A DNA stretch of 35,012 bases from Acaryochloridaceae cyanobacterium VAR_48_metabat_390 (GCA_031422435.1 JANPLU010000102.1:1-35012); one strand, 5' to 3'; numbered from the stretch's first letter, positions 7,790 to 18,074 are shown. Numbers and translations: made by a program. The notes: generated by a model not told the origin, from the sequence alone.

Positions 7790-10708
7790 TTACTTGGCGG
7801 TCATCCAGTTCAATCCGGTATGGACTTCTGCCAAAAGAGGCACACGCAAGGGCAAGGCTTCTTCCATCACGGCTTGGATGATAGGTTTGACCGCTTCAAG
7901 ATGCGTGGGATGTACCTCTAGCACCAGTTCATCGTGAACCTGGAGCAGCAAGTGCGCTTGATAGGGGGCGATCGCCTTTTGCAGCCGCACCATCGCAATT
8001 TTAATCAGATCGGCACTTGAACCCTGGATGGGCGCATTGGCTGCTGCCCTCAGCATTCCACGCTCGTAGGTGGTCATTTTAAGTTTGGCAAGATCTATCG
8101 CAGCCAGTTCCGTGAGGGGTTTGCCGTGGAGCTGCTTAAGGCTGCTGCTCTCAAATTCAAAGTAGCGACGGCGACCGAGGAGGGTTTCGACATAGCCCTG
8201 GGCGATCGCCTCTTGCTCCATGCGCTGCAAATAGCCAAATACGCCAGGATAGCGCTCGTAAAAGCGATCAATAAAGGTTTTGGCTTCGCTGTAGCTAACG
8301 CCCGCCTCACGAGAAAAGCGCTGGGCACCCATGCCGTAGATCACGCCAAAGTTGATGATTTTGGCAAGGCGACGTTCATCGGGGTTGATGTCGTTTTTTT
8401 CGAGTAAAAGCCGAGCCGTCAGGGTATGAACATCCTGATTTTGGCTATAGGCTTCGACCAAGCGAGGCTCTTCGCTTAGGTGCGCTAAGATCCGTAGCTC
8501 AATTTGAGAATAGTCTGCGGTTACGAGTACCCAGTCCGCTTCAGGGATAAATGCGGCTCGAATCTGACGGCTAAAAGCAGTCCGGATAGGGATATTTTGC
8601 AGATTGGGGTTAGAAGACGACAGCCTGCCCGTTGCGGTAACAGCTTGATTAAAGCCGGTATGGACGCGGTGGGTGTCGGCGCGCACCAAGAGCGGCAGGG
8701 CATCGACATAGGTGGACTTGAGTTTGGCGAGTGTGCGGTACTCTAGCAGAATATCTACGAGAGGGTGGTCACCCTGGAGTTTTTCGAGAGTCGCGGCATC
8801 GGTGGAGAAACCCAGCTTGGTTTTGCGAGATTTTTTAGCATCTAGCCCCAGCTTGTGGAACAGAATATCGCTCAACTGCTTCGGGGAACCGAGGTTAAAG
8901 GTTTCGCCTGCAACCTCATAAGCCTGAATTTCAAGACGGCGAAGATCTTGCTCAAGCTGACCCGAAAAGGTGTGGAGATAGGCTTGGTCGATGCGAATGC
9001 CGTGGGTTTCCATCGCCGCCAAGACAGGCTCTAAGGGAATCTCAACCTCAGCAAACAGCTTCAGCAGCTTGGGACGAGCCACCAGTTCAGCCTGAAGTTT
9101 TTCGACTAGTTGGTAGGTGGTCAGCACATCCAGTCCGCAATACTCAGCAACTCTAGGGATGTCAATATCGGCGATGGTTTTGCCCTTCGGCACCAGATCT
9201 GTAAAGCTTTGAGCGGTGATATTGAGGTAGCGACGGGAGAGATCCGTGAGGTTATGGGTGCTGTCAGGGTTGAGTACATAGCTTGCCAGCATGGTGTCAA
9301 ACACGACCCCTGCAAGCTTAATGCCCTGAAATTGCAGCACAAGGCGATCAAATTTGGCGTTTTGCAGTGCTTTCGGGTAAGTCTCGCTTTCGAGAATGGG
9401 GCGCAACGCCGCTAAAACGTCGGCTAGCGGCAGATTAGTGCCGCTGGCATGACCGATGGGGATATAGGCAACGGGCATCTCGCCGTCAATCTCTTCTGCT
9501 GCCCAGCAGCAGCCAATCCCCACCAGTTGGGCATCGCGGGGGGTGAGGCTGGTGGTTTCTGTATCCCAAGCCACGGGCGTTTGAGGGTTGGTGCAGCTCT
9601 GAAGCGTTTTAACGAGCTGCACGAGCTTTTCGGGGGTGTCAATAATTTGGGGGGTAAGGCTAGACCCTTGAGGGGTGTCGTCCGCGCTAAAAAACCAAAG
9701 ATCGTCGGTGTCTGATGCCGATTGCGCTTGAGCTGTCGATTCCGCCGAGCCGCCGAGATGCTTTTGCAGCGCTGGTAACTGCTTGAGAAAGGTGAGCAGC
9801 TCTAGCTTTTCTAAAACTGGCGTAACCTGCGCCAGATCAAACCCCTCAAGCCGAAAATCTTGAGGCTGTACCGCAAGGGGCACATCTAAGTGAATCTGCG
9901 CCATGTACTGAGAATGCAGCGCGGAATGATGCCCTTCGGTCAGCTTTTTCTGGACGGCTCCCTTAATTTCGGGTAGGGCGTTGTACACGCCTTCGAGGGT
10001 TTGGTATTGGGTCAAAAGCTGGACGGCAGTTTTATGACCAATCCCCTTCACGCCAGGAATATTGTCGGAGGAATCGCCACAGAGTGCTTTGTAATCGACC
10101 ACTTGGTCGGGACGCACTTCTAATTTAGTGAATACTTCTTCAGGGCCAAAAGACTGAGAGGTTGCGGCGCTCCCACGGGCGGCACCAAAGGCGTTGCTGA
10201 GATACAGTACCCGCACTAAGCCGGCATCATCTACAAGCTGAAAGAGGTCGCGATCGCCGCTGACAATTTTGACCTGCCATCCCTGTTGGCTAGCCTTGCG
10301 CGTGAGGGTGCCAATCACATCATCGGCTTCGTAGCCTGGGGCTATCACAATGGGCAAATTGAGTGCCGTTAGCAATTCCTGAAGGTTTTGGATATCGGGG
10401 ATAAAGTCTTCTGGCGTTTCAACGCGGCCTGCTTTGTAGGTTTCATCCGCATCGTGGCGATAGGTAGGGCCACCCAAGTCAAAGGCGATCGCCAAATACG
10501 TCGGCTGCTCTACGCTAATGACCTCAATCAGGCTTTTGAGAAACCCAAAGCACACGCTGGTAGGGATGCCCGTTGAAGTTCGTAACCCCCCTTCTCTGCC
10601 TTTGGCAAAGGCGTAGTAAGACCGAAAGGCCAGGGAGTGACCGTCAATGAGCAGAAGTTTGAAGTCAGCAGGGTTCACAGTGAATCTAGTGGCAAGGTTG
10701 AACCTCAT
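7790..10708 (-). CDS. polA: DNA polymerase I
   Basis: 5'-3' exonuclease (LIDGHSLAFRSYY, YEADD, GDSSDNIPGV), 3'-5' exonuclease (DTETT), polymerase motifs DYSQIELR, AKIINFGVIYG and QVHDELV. The true start may be the GTG at 10678. Confidence 0.98.
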   Translation of the reverse strand: MRFNLATRFTVNPADFKLLLIDGHSLAFRSYYAFAKGREGGLRTSTGIPTSVCFGFLKSLIEVISVEQPTYLAIAFDLGGPTYRHDADETYKAGRVETPEDFIPDIQNLQELLTALNLPIVIAPGYEADDVIGTLTRKASQQGWQVKIVSGDRDLFQLVDDAGLVRVLYLSNAFGAARGSAATSQSFGPEEVFTKLEVRPDQVVDYKALCGDSSDNIPGVKGIGHKTAVQLLTQYQTLEGVYNALPEIKGAVQKKLTEGHHSALHSQYMAQIHLDVPLAVQPQDFRLEGFDLAQVTPVLEKLELLTFLKQLPALQKHLGGSAESTAQAQSASDTDDLWFFSADDTPQGSSLTPQIIDTPEKLVQLVKTLQSCTNPQTPVAWDTETTSLTPRDAQLVGIGCCWAAEEIDGEMPVAYIPIGHASGTNLPLADVLAALRPILESETYPKALQNAKFDRLVLQFQGIKLAGVVFDTMLASYVLNPDSTHNLTDLSRRYLNITAQSFTDLVPKGKTIADIDIPRVAEYCGLDVLTTYQLVEKLQAELVARPKLLKLFAEVEIPLEPVLAAMETHGIRIDQAYLHTFSGQLEQDLRRLEIQAYEVAGETFNLGSPKQLSDILFHKLGLDAKKSRKTKLGFSTDAATLEKLQGDHPLVDILLEYRTLAKLKSTYVDALPLLVRADTHRVHTGFNQAVTATGRLSSSNPNLQNIPIRTAFSRQIRAAFIPEADWVLVTADYSQIELRILAHLSEEPRLVEAYSQNQDVHTLTARLLLEKNDINPDERRLAKIINFGVIYGMGAQRFSREAGVSYSEAKTFIDRFYERYPGVFGYLQRMEQEAIAQGYVETLLGRRRYFEFESSSLKQLHGKPLTELAAIDLAKLKMTTYERGMLRAAANAPIQGSSADLIKIAMVRLQKAIAPYQAHLLLQVHDELVLEVHPTHLEAVKPIIQAVMEEALPLRVPLLAEVHTGLNWMTAK

Positions 10709-10957
10709 TGTAAAGGCGATCGCAGACTATCCTCATTTCAGCCACGGGTTCAGAATAGCGCGGCAGTATTCACTCCAAAAAGAATCGGTATGGCAATACG
10801 GCTGGGTTGAAGTCTTTAAGCATAAAGATTTGCAATACTTTTTAGCGGCCTAAACAGCTATTTGACGCTTAAAGGCTTTGCTTACTGGGGCTAAAGCTTC
10901 TGAATTTTTACAAATGCAGTATAACTTTGCTTTAAGCAGACTACAGTTTTAGAGTAT

Positions 10958-10976
10958 ATTGCAATTAGATATCAAT
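10958..10976. promoter_or_regulatory. Fur-like box upstream of futA
   Basis: 19-bp imperfect palindrome ATTGCAATTAGATATCAAT in front of an iron-binding protein gene. Shares TCAATAAGT with the futB/futC site. Confidence 0.6.
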
Positions 10977-11138
10977 AAGTTAAAGCCTGAACAGGTAAGC
11001 AGTAGCCAATTTCATGGATTGAGGGCGCAAGCAAGTAGCCTAACGTCCTGAGGCCGCTCTGTCTTTTTCAGCTTGTCGGCGTCAACTTTCTCAGCGCCAT
11101 CCTCTAAAAATTTCAAGATCTCAAAAAGTATCGCAACT

Positions 11139-12185
11139 ATGGCAATTACAAGACGAGTTTTCCTGGCTTCTGGAACCGCAGCGGCGGCGGTTGCCGCGCA
11201 CCAAATCCTAAATCCTAAAGTTGGTCGTTCAGCAGAGCGGGTGATGAATCTCTACTCGGCACGACATTACAGCTCCGACACCGCAATTTATGAGAGCTTT
11301 ACCAAAAAGACGGGTATTAAGGTCAATTTGGTAGAGTCTCCTGGTGACAAGCTTATTGAGCGGGTCAAGAGCGAAGGTACTAACAGCCCAGCCGACGTAA
11401 TTATTACCGTAGATGCAGGCAACCTCTGGCGTGCCCAAGAAGCAGGTTTGTTTCAGCCCGTTTCTTCACGCATTTTGACGGGGCTTGATGCCAGCGTGCG
11501 AGATCCACAAGGGCACTGGTTTGGGTTTACTCGACGGGCGCGGGTAATTATGTATAACAAGGCAAAGGTTAAGCCTGAAGAGCTGTCTACCTACGAAGCG
11601 CTAACCGATGGCAAATGGAAAGGTCGGATTTTGGTTCGCTCTTCTGGCAATGTCTATAACCAGTCTTTGGTCGGCTCAATTTTAGCGGCACAGGGCGAAG
11701 CTAAGACAGAAGAATGGGCGCGTGGATTAGTGGCTAATTTTGCCCGTTCACCAGAAGGAAATGACACGGCTCAGATTAAGGCAGTCGCCGCAGGACAAGG
11801 CGATCTTGCCTTGGTGAATACCTATTACCTGCCCCGATTGGCAAAATCGGATAAAGCTGAGGAACGCGAGATTGCGGAAAAAGTGGGCGTGTTCTTCCCT
11901 AATCAGAAAGATCGCGGTACCCATGTCAACATCAGCGGGGGTGGCGTTGCAAAATATGCACCCAACAAAGATGCGGCAATTCTATTTCTAGAACATCTTG
12001 CCAGTCGTCAAGTTCAAGAAATTTTTGCCAAGAGCAATAATGAATATCCTGTCCAGTCAAGAGTGCCCATGGACGCAGTTCTTGACAGCTATGGGAAGTT
12101 TAAGGCTGATAAGCTGAATGGGTCTGTGTACGGCAAAAACAACGCGATGGCGCTGAAGATTTGTGATCGCGCGGGTTGGAAGTAG
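11139..12185 (+). CDS. futA: Fe(III) ABC transporter substrate-binding protein (FutA/IdiA), Tat-exported
   Basis: Twin-arginine signal MAITRRVFL (ATG at 11139), NLYSARHY, SPADV, YNQSL, NTYYL tyrosine ligands and GTHVNISG. Confidence 0.93.
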   Translation: MAITRRVFLASGTAAAAVAAHQILNPKVGRSAERVMNLYSARHYSSDTAIYESFTKKTGIKVNLVESPGDKLIERVKSEGTNSPADVIITVDAGNLWRAQEAGLFQPVSSRILTGLDASVRDPQGHWFGFTRRARVIMYNKAKVKPEELSTYEALTDGKWKGRILVRSSGNVYNQSLVGSILAAQGEAKTEEWARGLVANFARSPEGNDTAQIKAVAAGQGDLALVNTYYLPRLAKSDKAEEREIAEKVGVFFPNQKDRGTHVNISGGGVAKYAPNKDAAILFLEHLASRQVQEIFAKSNNEYPVQSRVPMDAVLDSYGKFKADKLNGSVYGKNNAMALKICDRAGWK

Positions 12186-12212
12186 CCTTTAGACGGGGTG
12201 GTTGAGGGAAAG

Positions 12213-12253
12213 CGGCGATTGTCTTAACGGGGCGATCGCCGATACTTTCTTTT
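12213..12253 (+). terminator. Probable futA terminator built on a HIP1-containing hairpin
   Basis: CGGCGATTGTC / GGCGATCGCCG stem followed by a T-rich tract. Confidence 0.55.
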
Positions 12254-12480
12254 GAAAACAATCGCTTCTAAATAGTGCCATAGTTAGGAGGTTAATCAAT
12301 GAGCTGATAAAGTCCGGTTTGACCTTGACTAGACCAATGCAAACCAACAGTTAGTTAGAAGTTGTGGCAAAACTGATCAAGAATTAACTCAAGCCCTAAT
12401 TTAAAATCATGAATCCCTTCATGACGACCCATCATGAAGTAATGGGTGAGCTTACGCTGTAAGTCCAAAGGAATGACACT

Positions 12481-13452
12481 ATGAAAGCGATCGTTCAAAC
12501 AGAGTACGGTTCGGCGGACGTGCTGAGATTGGCAGACGTTGACAAGCCCGTTGTGTCGGACAATGGCGTGCTGGTGAGGGTTTATGGTGCGTCCGTCCAT
12601 GCTGGCGACTGGCATCTGATGCGGGGGAGTCCGTTCCTGATCCGTTTTATATTTGGGGGGCTGTTCAAGCCCAAAGTCAGGATCCTTGGCACTGATGCCG
12701 CAGGCCAAGTTGAAGCCGTTGGCAAAGATGTTTCGCAATTTAAACCTGGCGATGAGGTCTTTGGCGAGCTGTCTGAGTGCGGTTTTGGTGCGTTTGCTGA
12801 ATACGTCTGCGTTCCCGAAACGGCATTGGCGTTAAAGCCCGTTAATATGACCTTCGAGGAAGCCGCAACGGTTCCTGGATCTGCCCTAGCCGCCCTTCAG
12901 GGTCTACGGGATGTGGGACGGATTCAGTCAGGCCAACAAGTGTTGATCAATGGCGCATCCGGTGGCGTGGGTTCTTTTGCCGTACAGATTGCTAAAGCAT
13001 TGGGCGCTGAAGTCACTGGCGTATGCAGCACTAGCAAAGTCGATATGGTGCGAGCAATCGGCGCAGACCATGTCATTGACTACACGAAAGACGGCGTTAT
13101 TCAAAAGGGGCAGCGGTACGACCTGATTCTAGACGCGGCGGCCTACCGTTCCGTTTTCGACTATCCGCCAGCCTTGAATCCCAAGGGCACTTACATCTTG
13201 GTCGGCGGCTCCACCGCTCGACTGTTCTTTGTCATGTTGTTCGGCTCTTTGATTTCAAAGATTAGCCGCCGGAACGTGAAATTTTTGGTCACAAAACCCA
13301 ATCAGGCAGATCTCGCTATTTTGAGAGATTTTATAGAAGCTGGAAAAATTTCACCCTTTATCGACCAACGCTACAGTCTGAGCGAAGTCCCCGCTGCCAT
13401 TCGCCATCTCGAACAGCGACAGGTGCGAGGGAAAGTTTCTATCACTGTTTGA
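12481..13452 (+). CDS. NAD(P)-dependent medium-chain dehydrogenase/reductase (quinone oxidoreductase/RTN4IP1-like)
   Basis: MKAIVQTEYG, LGTDAAGQVEAVG, GAFAEY, INGASGGVG nucleotide-binding motif, GADHVIDY and RGKVSI. Confidence 0.92.
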   Translation: MKAIVQTEYGSADVLRLADVDKPVVSDNGVLVRVYGASVHAGDWHLMRGSPFLIRFIFGGLFKPKVRILGTDAAGQVEAVGKDVSQFKPGDEVFGELSECGFGAFAEYVCVPETALALKPVNMTFEEAATVPGSALAALQGLRDVGRIQSGQQVLINGASGGVGSFAVQIAKALGAEVTGVCSTSKVDMVRAIGADHVIDYTKDGVIQKGQRYDLILDAAAYRSVFDYPPALNPKGTYILVGGSTARLFFVMLFGSLISKISRRNVKFLVTKPNQADLAILRDFIEAGKISPFIDQRYSLSEVPAAIRHLEQRQVRGKVSITV

Positions 13453-13577
13453 GATACCACGCTTCTCAATCACTCTATCTGACAAACTCAATCTGCTAGC
13501 GTTTTTATAGAGCTTAACGGATGAGGCATTTACTTATAATTCAGGGTCTTAGAATGGTGAGGGGCGATCGCCCTATA

Positions 13578-14315
13578 TTACGATTCAAGAAGTTGATTTG
13601 GGTCAATACCTTGCGATCGCAGCAACGCCTCTAGCCGTTTCATTCTTTCCTGGGCTTGTTCCTTGGCTAGCCGCTCTTGCTTTGTCCGTTGTTGCTCCTG
13701 CTCTTCAGAGCTGAGATGGCGATCGCCCCGTGCATCATACCAAGTCAAAATCTCTTGTGATAATCCACCCACAATACCTTGATAACGTCCAATCCCTAGA
13801 CCAATCTCTGGCATCCAATAAGGCTCACCAATTTGCAGCTTATAAACACCATCTTCTAACTTGTAGAGTTCAAACGGTTGATGCCCATCCCGTCGCCAAA
13901 ACTCTGGATTATAGATGAGGTAATATAGCACACCCAGATTGGCATATAGCTCTACTTTTTCATCGTATTCTCCCCCTGGACGGTGAGATACCATCTCTAA
14001 TGTAAACATCGGCACCACATGACCCTCTTCCCAAGTGGCATAGCTGCGCCGCGACTTGCCGCCCTTCTTGCGCTCCACACCTAAACTCAGAAACCCATCC
14101 GGCACAACAGGGACTTTTGGGCTAATGCCCGTCGTGTGATACACCGCCATATCTACCCCAAAGTACCAATCCATGCGGGCTGACCACAGATGCGTCAATA
14201 GCAGCAGTAGCAAATTGGGCAAGAGGTTCTGGTCTTCGTTATCCACGGGCGTATCGTCCGAGCAGGGCAGATCGGCAGTGCTGGGTAAGTTTTGGAGAAC
14301 AGGCTGAGAAATCAC
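13578..14315 (-). CDS. Uma2-family (DUF820) PD-(D/E)XK endonuclease-like protein
   Basis: LPCSDDTPVDNEDQ, VPDGFLSLG, LEMVS, EYDEK..Y..LGVLYY and a C-terminal coiled coil ending LRSQGIDP. Confidence 0.9.
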   Translation of the reverse strand: MISQPVLQNLPSTADLPCSDDTPVDNEDQNLLPNLLLLLLTHLWSARMDWYFGVDMAVYHTTGISPKVPVVPDGFLSLGVERKKGGKSRRSYATWEEGHVVPMFTLEMVSHRPGGEYDEKVELYANLGVLYYLIYNPEFWRRDGHQPFELYKLEDGVYKLQIGEPYWMPEIGLGIGRYQGIVGGLSQEILTWYDARGDRHLSSEEQEQQRTKQERLAKEQAQERMKRLEALLRSQGIDPNQLLES

Positions 14316-14417
14316 GGGCAGAAACCGCCAGAGACAGTGATGACTTCAGTATAAAACATGGATTCAAATGGGTTTGAATGCGATCGCCATTGAGAAAGTA
14401 GGAGTAAATCACTTCTA

Positions 14418-16154
14418 TCAGTCTGGATGCACAGCAGATTGGCGACCGCGCGTCATTTGCCAACTTAGGAGCAGTACAGGCAACAGCCCCACCAGCACAA
14501 TTGCCAACGCAGGTGGGGCTGCTTCTGCAAGGCGTTCGTCTGAGGCGAGATTGTAGACCCGAATGGCTAGAGTATCAAAGTTGAAAGGCCGCACAATTAA
14601 GGTTGCGGGCAATTCCTTCATGACATCCACAAAGACTAAAATGGCTGCGCTCAATAGTCCGCTCCGTAAAAGCGGAAGATGAATGCGTCTAAGGGTCTGA
14701 GACGATCCATAGCCTAGACTGCGAGAGGCATCATCTAAGTTGGGGCTAATGTTGCCCAAGCTGCTTTCAATGGGGCCAAAGGATACGGCTAAAAACCGGA
14801 CTAAGTAGGCAAAGACTAAAGCCGTGATCGTTCCACTCAGCAGTAAGCCCGTTGAGATGCCAAACTGCGATCGCATCCATCCGTCTACCGCGTTATCAAA
14901 ATAACCCAAAGGCACCATTACCCCCACCGCAATCACCGCACCAGGGATGGCGTAGCCCAGCACTGCGGCTTGAGTCGCAAGGCGATTGGTTTTACTGGGG
15001 TCTAGCCGTTGACCGTAGGCCAGAATAATGGCGATCGCCACGGCAATCAAGGCCGTCACCCCCGCCAGCAGCAGACTGTTGCTGGCAAAACTCCAAAACC
15101 GATCTTCAGCGGCAGCGGCGGCGGCTGGGAAATCAGAATCTGTCTGGGCTGCCGGACTGCCGCTAGTCAACATAAGCTGAAGCAAAGCCACTGCTGGGAT
15201 TAGAAAACCGCAGCCAATGGGAATCGCACAGGCTAGCACGGCTGTAAAGCCGCGTATCCCGCAAAGCGAATATTTTGGTAAAGGCTGATAGCGATTCGCA
15301 CTTTGGTAATAGCGCTGCTGTCGTCGTGCCCAGCGCTCTAAAATGACCAAGCTAAAAATAAACAGCAGCAGCAGTGCAGACATCTGCATGGCTGCGCTGC
15401 GTTCTCCCATTGCAAACCAGGTGCGATAGATCCCCGTGGTGAAGGTTGGCACACTAAAATACTCCACTGTGCCAAAGTCATTGAGGGTTTCCATGAGCGC
15501 TAAAGAAACCCCTGCCGCTACTGCGGGACGCGCCATCGGTAAGGCCACGCGCCAAAAGCTCTGCCACGGACTGTAGCCCAGGCTGCGACTGGCTTCTAGG
15601 ATAGAGACTGACTGACTTAAAAACGCAGATCGCGCCAAAAGGTAAACGTAGGGGTACAGCACCAGCGCCAGCATCACAATGGCTCCAAAGAGCGATCGCA
15701 CGGGTGGGAACCAGTAATCTTGAGCGCTCTGCCAATGGAACCAGCCGCGCAGTGCAGTTTGAACGGGGCCGTAGTAGTCCAAGAGGTCGGTATAAACATA
15801 GGCCAAAATGTAGGCCGGAGCCGCCAAGGGCAGCAGCAGCATCCATTCCCATACCCTTCGGCCTGGAAACTCGCAAAGCGTCACCAGCCAAGCCGTCCCC
15901 GTGCCGAGAATAGTCGTCAGTAGCCCTACACCCACCATCAGCCCCAGAGAGTTACTGACATAGGTGCCCAAAACCGTGGCCTGGAGGTGTTCCCAAATGG
16001 GCGTTGCATCTGAGAAAATGCCCGCGACCACCGCTAGGACGGGTAAAGACAGCAGCGCAGCAAGTCCGCCCACCACAACGCTCCAGGGACTGATTCTGCG
16101 CTGAGGGCGATCGCCATTCTTTTGAGTATGTTGCTGAATTTGTTGCAACTGCAT
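14418..16154 (-). CDS. futB: Fe(III) ABC transporter permease
   Basis: Two permease repeats (EASRSLG; DDASRSLG), METLNDFGTV and DVMKELPAT..RPFNFDTLA. Confidence 0.93.
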   Translation of the reverse strand: MQLQQIQQHTQKNGDRPQRRISPWSVVVGGLAALLSLPVLAVVAGIFSDATPIWEHLQATVLGTYVSNSLGLMVGVGLLTTILGTGTAWLVTLCEFPGRRVWEWMLLLPLAAPAYILAYVYTDLLDYYGPVQTALRGWFHWQSAQDYWFPPVRSLFGAIVMLALVLYPYVYLLARSAFLSQSVSILEASRSLGYSPWQSFWRVALPMARPAVAAGVSLALMETLNDFGTVEYFSVPTFTTGIYRTWFAMGERSAAMQMSALLLLFIFSLVILERWARRQQRYYQSANRYQPLPKYSLCGIRGFTAVLACAIPIGCGFLIPAVALLQLMLTSGSPAAQTDSDFPAAAAAAEDRFWSFASNSLLLAGVTALIAVAIAIILAYGQRLDPSKTNRLATQAAVLGYAIPGAVIAVGVMVPLGYFDNAVDGWMRSQFGISTGLLLSGTITALVFAYLVRFLAVSFGPIESSLGNISPNLDDASRSLGYGSSQTLRRIHLPLLRSGLLSAAILVFVDVMKELPATLIVRPFNFDTLAIRVYNLASDERLAEAAPPALAIVLVGLLPVLLLSWQMTRGRQSAVHPD

Positions 16155-16206
16155 TACAGTCTCTGATTTTATACCTGCGTTTTCTACTGTACTACGAGTA
16201 AAATTT

Positions 16207-16225
16207 GTTGATGATGACTTTCAAT
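16207..16225. promoter_or_regulatory. Fur-like box in the divergent futB/futC promoter
   Basis: GTTGATGATGACTTTCAAT (19 bp, TTGA...TCAA), centred in the 109-bp divergent spacer. Confidence 0.6.
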
Positions 16226-16263
16226 AAGTATTTGTCCTCGAGCCTGTCGCAACCGAAATCCCC

Positions 16264-17334
16264 ATGACTCAATCTTTTATCCTTGCGTTAGACGGCATTG
16301 TTAAACAGTTTGCGGGGTCTGTGTCTCCAGCCGTTAACGCCATCACGCTAGATCTTGCTGAGGGTGAAATCTTAGGCTTACTGGGGCCTTCTGGGTGCGG
16401 TAAAACTACCCTGCTGCGGCTGATTGCAGGGTTTGAAAAACCACAGTCTGGCACCATTGTGCTGGCGGAGCAAACGGTAGCAAGCCGTCGCCACTGGGTT
16501 GCACCGGAGCGCCGCGATGTGGGGATGGTGTTTCAAGACTATGCGCTGTTTCCCCATTTGAGCGTGGCAAAAAACGTGGCGTTTGGGCTGCAAAATCCGC
16601 GCCGTAAAATGACTCAGACCCAAATTCAGTCCCTGACCGAGGCGGCGATCGCCACTGTGGGCTTAACGGGGCTAGACCAGCGCTACCCCCATGAGCTGTC
16701 AGGGGGGCAGCAGCAGCGGGTTGCCCTTGCGCGTGCCCTTGCACCAAAACCCGCGCTCATTTTACTAGACGAACCCCTCAGCAACTTAGATGTGCAGGTG
16801 CGGCTGCGACTGCGACAAGAAATTCGGGATGTGCTGAAGTCAACGGGGACTTCCGCCGTATTTGTGACCCACGATCAGGAGGAAGCGTTGTCGGTGTGCG
16901 ATCGCATTGCGGTGCTAAATCACGGCTGTCTGGAGCAAATTGATACGCCCGAAAAGCTGTACTACGACCCTGCTTCTCAATTTGTATCTGAGTTTGTAAC
17001 CCAGGCCAATGGCATCAGGGCGCAGTGGCACGATGGCGGCTGGAAAACCGAAATTGGCTGGTTTGCGGCACCTCCCCACTACCAGACAGACACCCCGCAA
17101 GGGATCGCCATGATTTTGCAAGAGGGGCTACGGATGAACGCAGATGCAGATAGCCCCATTGTGATTTGCGATCGCCAGTTTTTAGGTCGCGAATATCGCT
17201 ATCGCCTGAGTACACCCGATGGCGCGACTGTTTATGTGCGATCGCTCATTCATCAGCCCCTAGCGGTGGGACAGACCGTACAGCTTGCCATTGACCCGGC
17301 AGCGGTACGCATTTTTCCCGAACATTCTTCCTAA
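16264..17334 (+). CDS. futC: Fe(III) ABC transporter ATP-binding protein
   Basis: Walker A GPSGCGKT, VFQDYALFPH, signature LSGGQQQR, Walker B LLDEP, VTHDQEEA and a C-terminal TOBE-like domain. Confidence 0.93.
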   Translation: MTQSFILALDGIVKQFAGSVSPAVNAITLDLAEGEILGLLGPSGCGKTTLLRLIAGFEKPQSGTIVLAEQTVASRRHWVAPERRDVGMVFQDYALFPHLSVAKNVAFGLQNPRRKMTQTQIQSLTEAAIATVGLTGLDQRYPHELSGGQQQRVALARALAPKPALILLDEPLSNLDVQVRLRLRQEIRDVLKSTGTSAVFVTHDQEEALSVCDRIAVLNHGCLEQIDTPEKLYYDPASQFVSEFVTQANGIRAQWHDGGWKTEIGWFAAPPHYQTDTPQGIAMILQEGLRMNADADSPIVICDRQFLGREYRYRLSTPDGATVYVRSLIHQPLAVGQTVQLAIDPAAVRIFPEHSS

Positions 17335-17360
17335 AGAAATGTTGAAATTGTGCTAAGGCA

Positions 17361-18074
17361 TCACTGCCGAGCTTTCACTGCCAGCTCTGCATAGCTCAAA
17401 ACAGTTGGATTTCGGAAATAGACTGTTCCGTTCTCATCCCAAAATACGTGGAGATAATCTTCTGGCTGCCCTTGCTTTGGCTGCCCTCGCTTAGAGAGCT
17501 GATAGACCTTTATTCCATTTTCTTCCGCCAGGTCTAAAGAAGAAAGGTCATAGCCTCTTTGCCGCAGATTCTCCTCAATTTGACTCGCCACTAAACGCCC
17601 ATTGCTCTCTGTAAGCGCAAAACAATCTTGAGTCTTACTACCAGCACATCCTGCAGTTGAACCTTCCATCCGAAACTCGTTAGTAGGAGTAGCTAAAGGG
17701 GTTGGCGTTACCGAGGGGGTGGGTTTGGGAGATGGCTGCGGCTTAGGCTTAATCTCCAAAAGGTCGAGTTTAGAGACTGGTCTAGCTGTTTTAAGGGGTG
17801 CAGCCGCGATTTTCTGCATGACTGGACGCTTGATCTGCAAGGATGATGCGCTCTGGGGCTTAGAGGAAAAGTTAACGGGTTTACGCGTCGTTGGGTTTGT
17901 AATTTTAGAGGATGGCGACCCAGAAGGCAGCGTAATGACCCGCACAGGTTTCCCAGATTTTGGAAGCGTCGCTTCTAAGCTGCTTTTTGTGTCAATGGGA
18001 TAGGCTAGCAGTAGACCATGCAGCCCTAATGCCGGAAGCAGCATGTGCCAAAAAGATGGCTGAGATTTGAACAT
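17361..18074 (-). CDS. Hypothetical membrane-anchored protein with a Pro/Lys-rich linker (TonB-like N-terminus)
   Basis: N-terminal hydrophobic segment ALGLHGLLL, then KPKPQPSPKPTPSVTPTP, and a small C-terminal domain with two Cys. Confidence 0.65.
   Translation of the reverse strand: MFKSQPSFWHMLLPALGLHGLLLAYPIDTKSSLEATLPKSGKPVRVITLPSGSPSSKITNPTTRKPVNFSSKPQSASSLQIKRPVMQKIAAAPLKTARPVSKLDLLEIKPKPQPSPKPTPSVTPTPLATPTNEFRMEGSTAGCAGSKTQDCFALTESNGRLVASQIEENLRQRGYDLSSLDLAEENGIKVYQLSKRGQPKQGQPEDYLHVFWDENGTVYFRNPTVLSYAELAVKARQ

Noticed and set aside
13556..13565. GGTGAGGGGC as an att duplication of the tRNA-Val 3' region (20637-20646)
   Set aside because: Only 10 bp, also present at 89-98, does not include the tRNA terminus, and would put core futBC inside the element.
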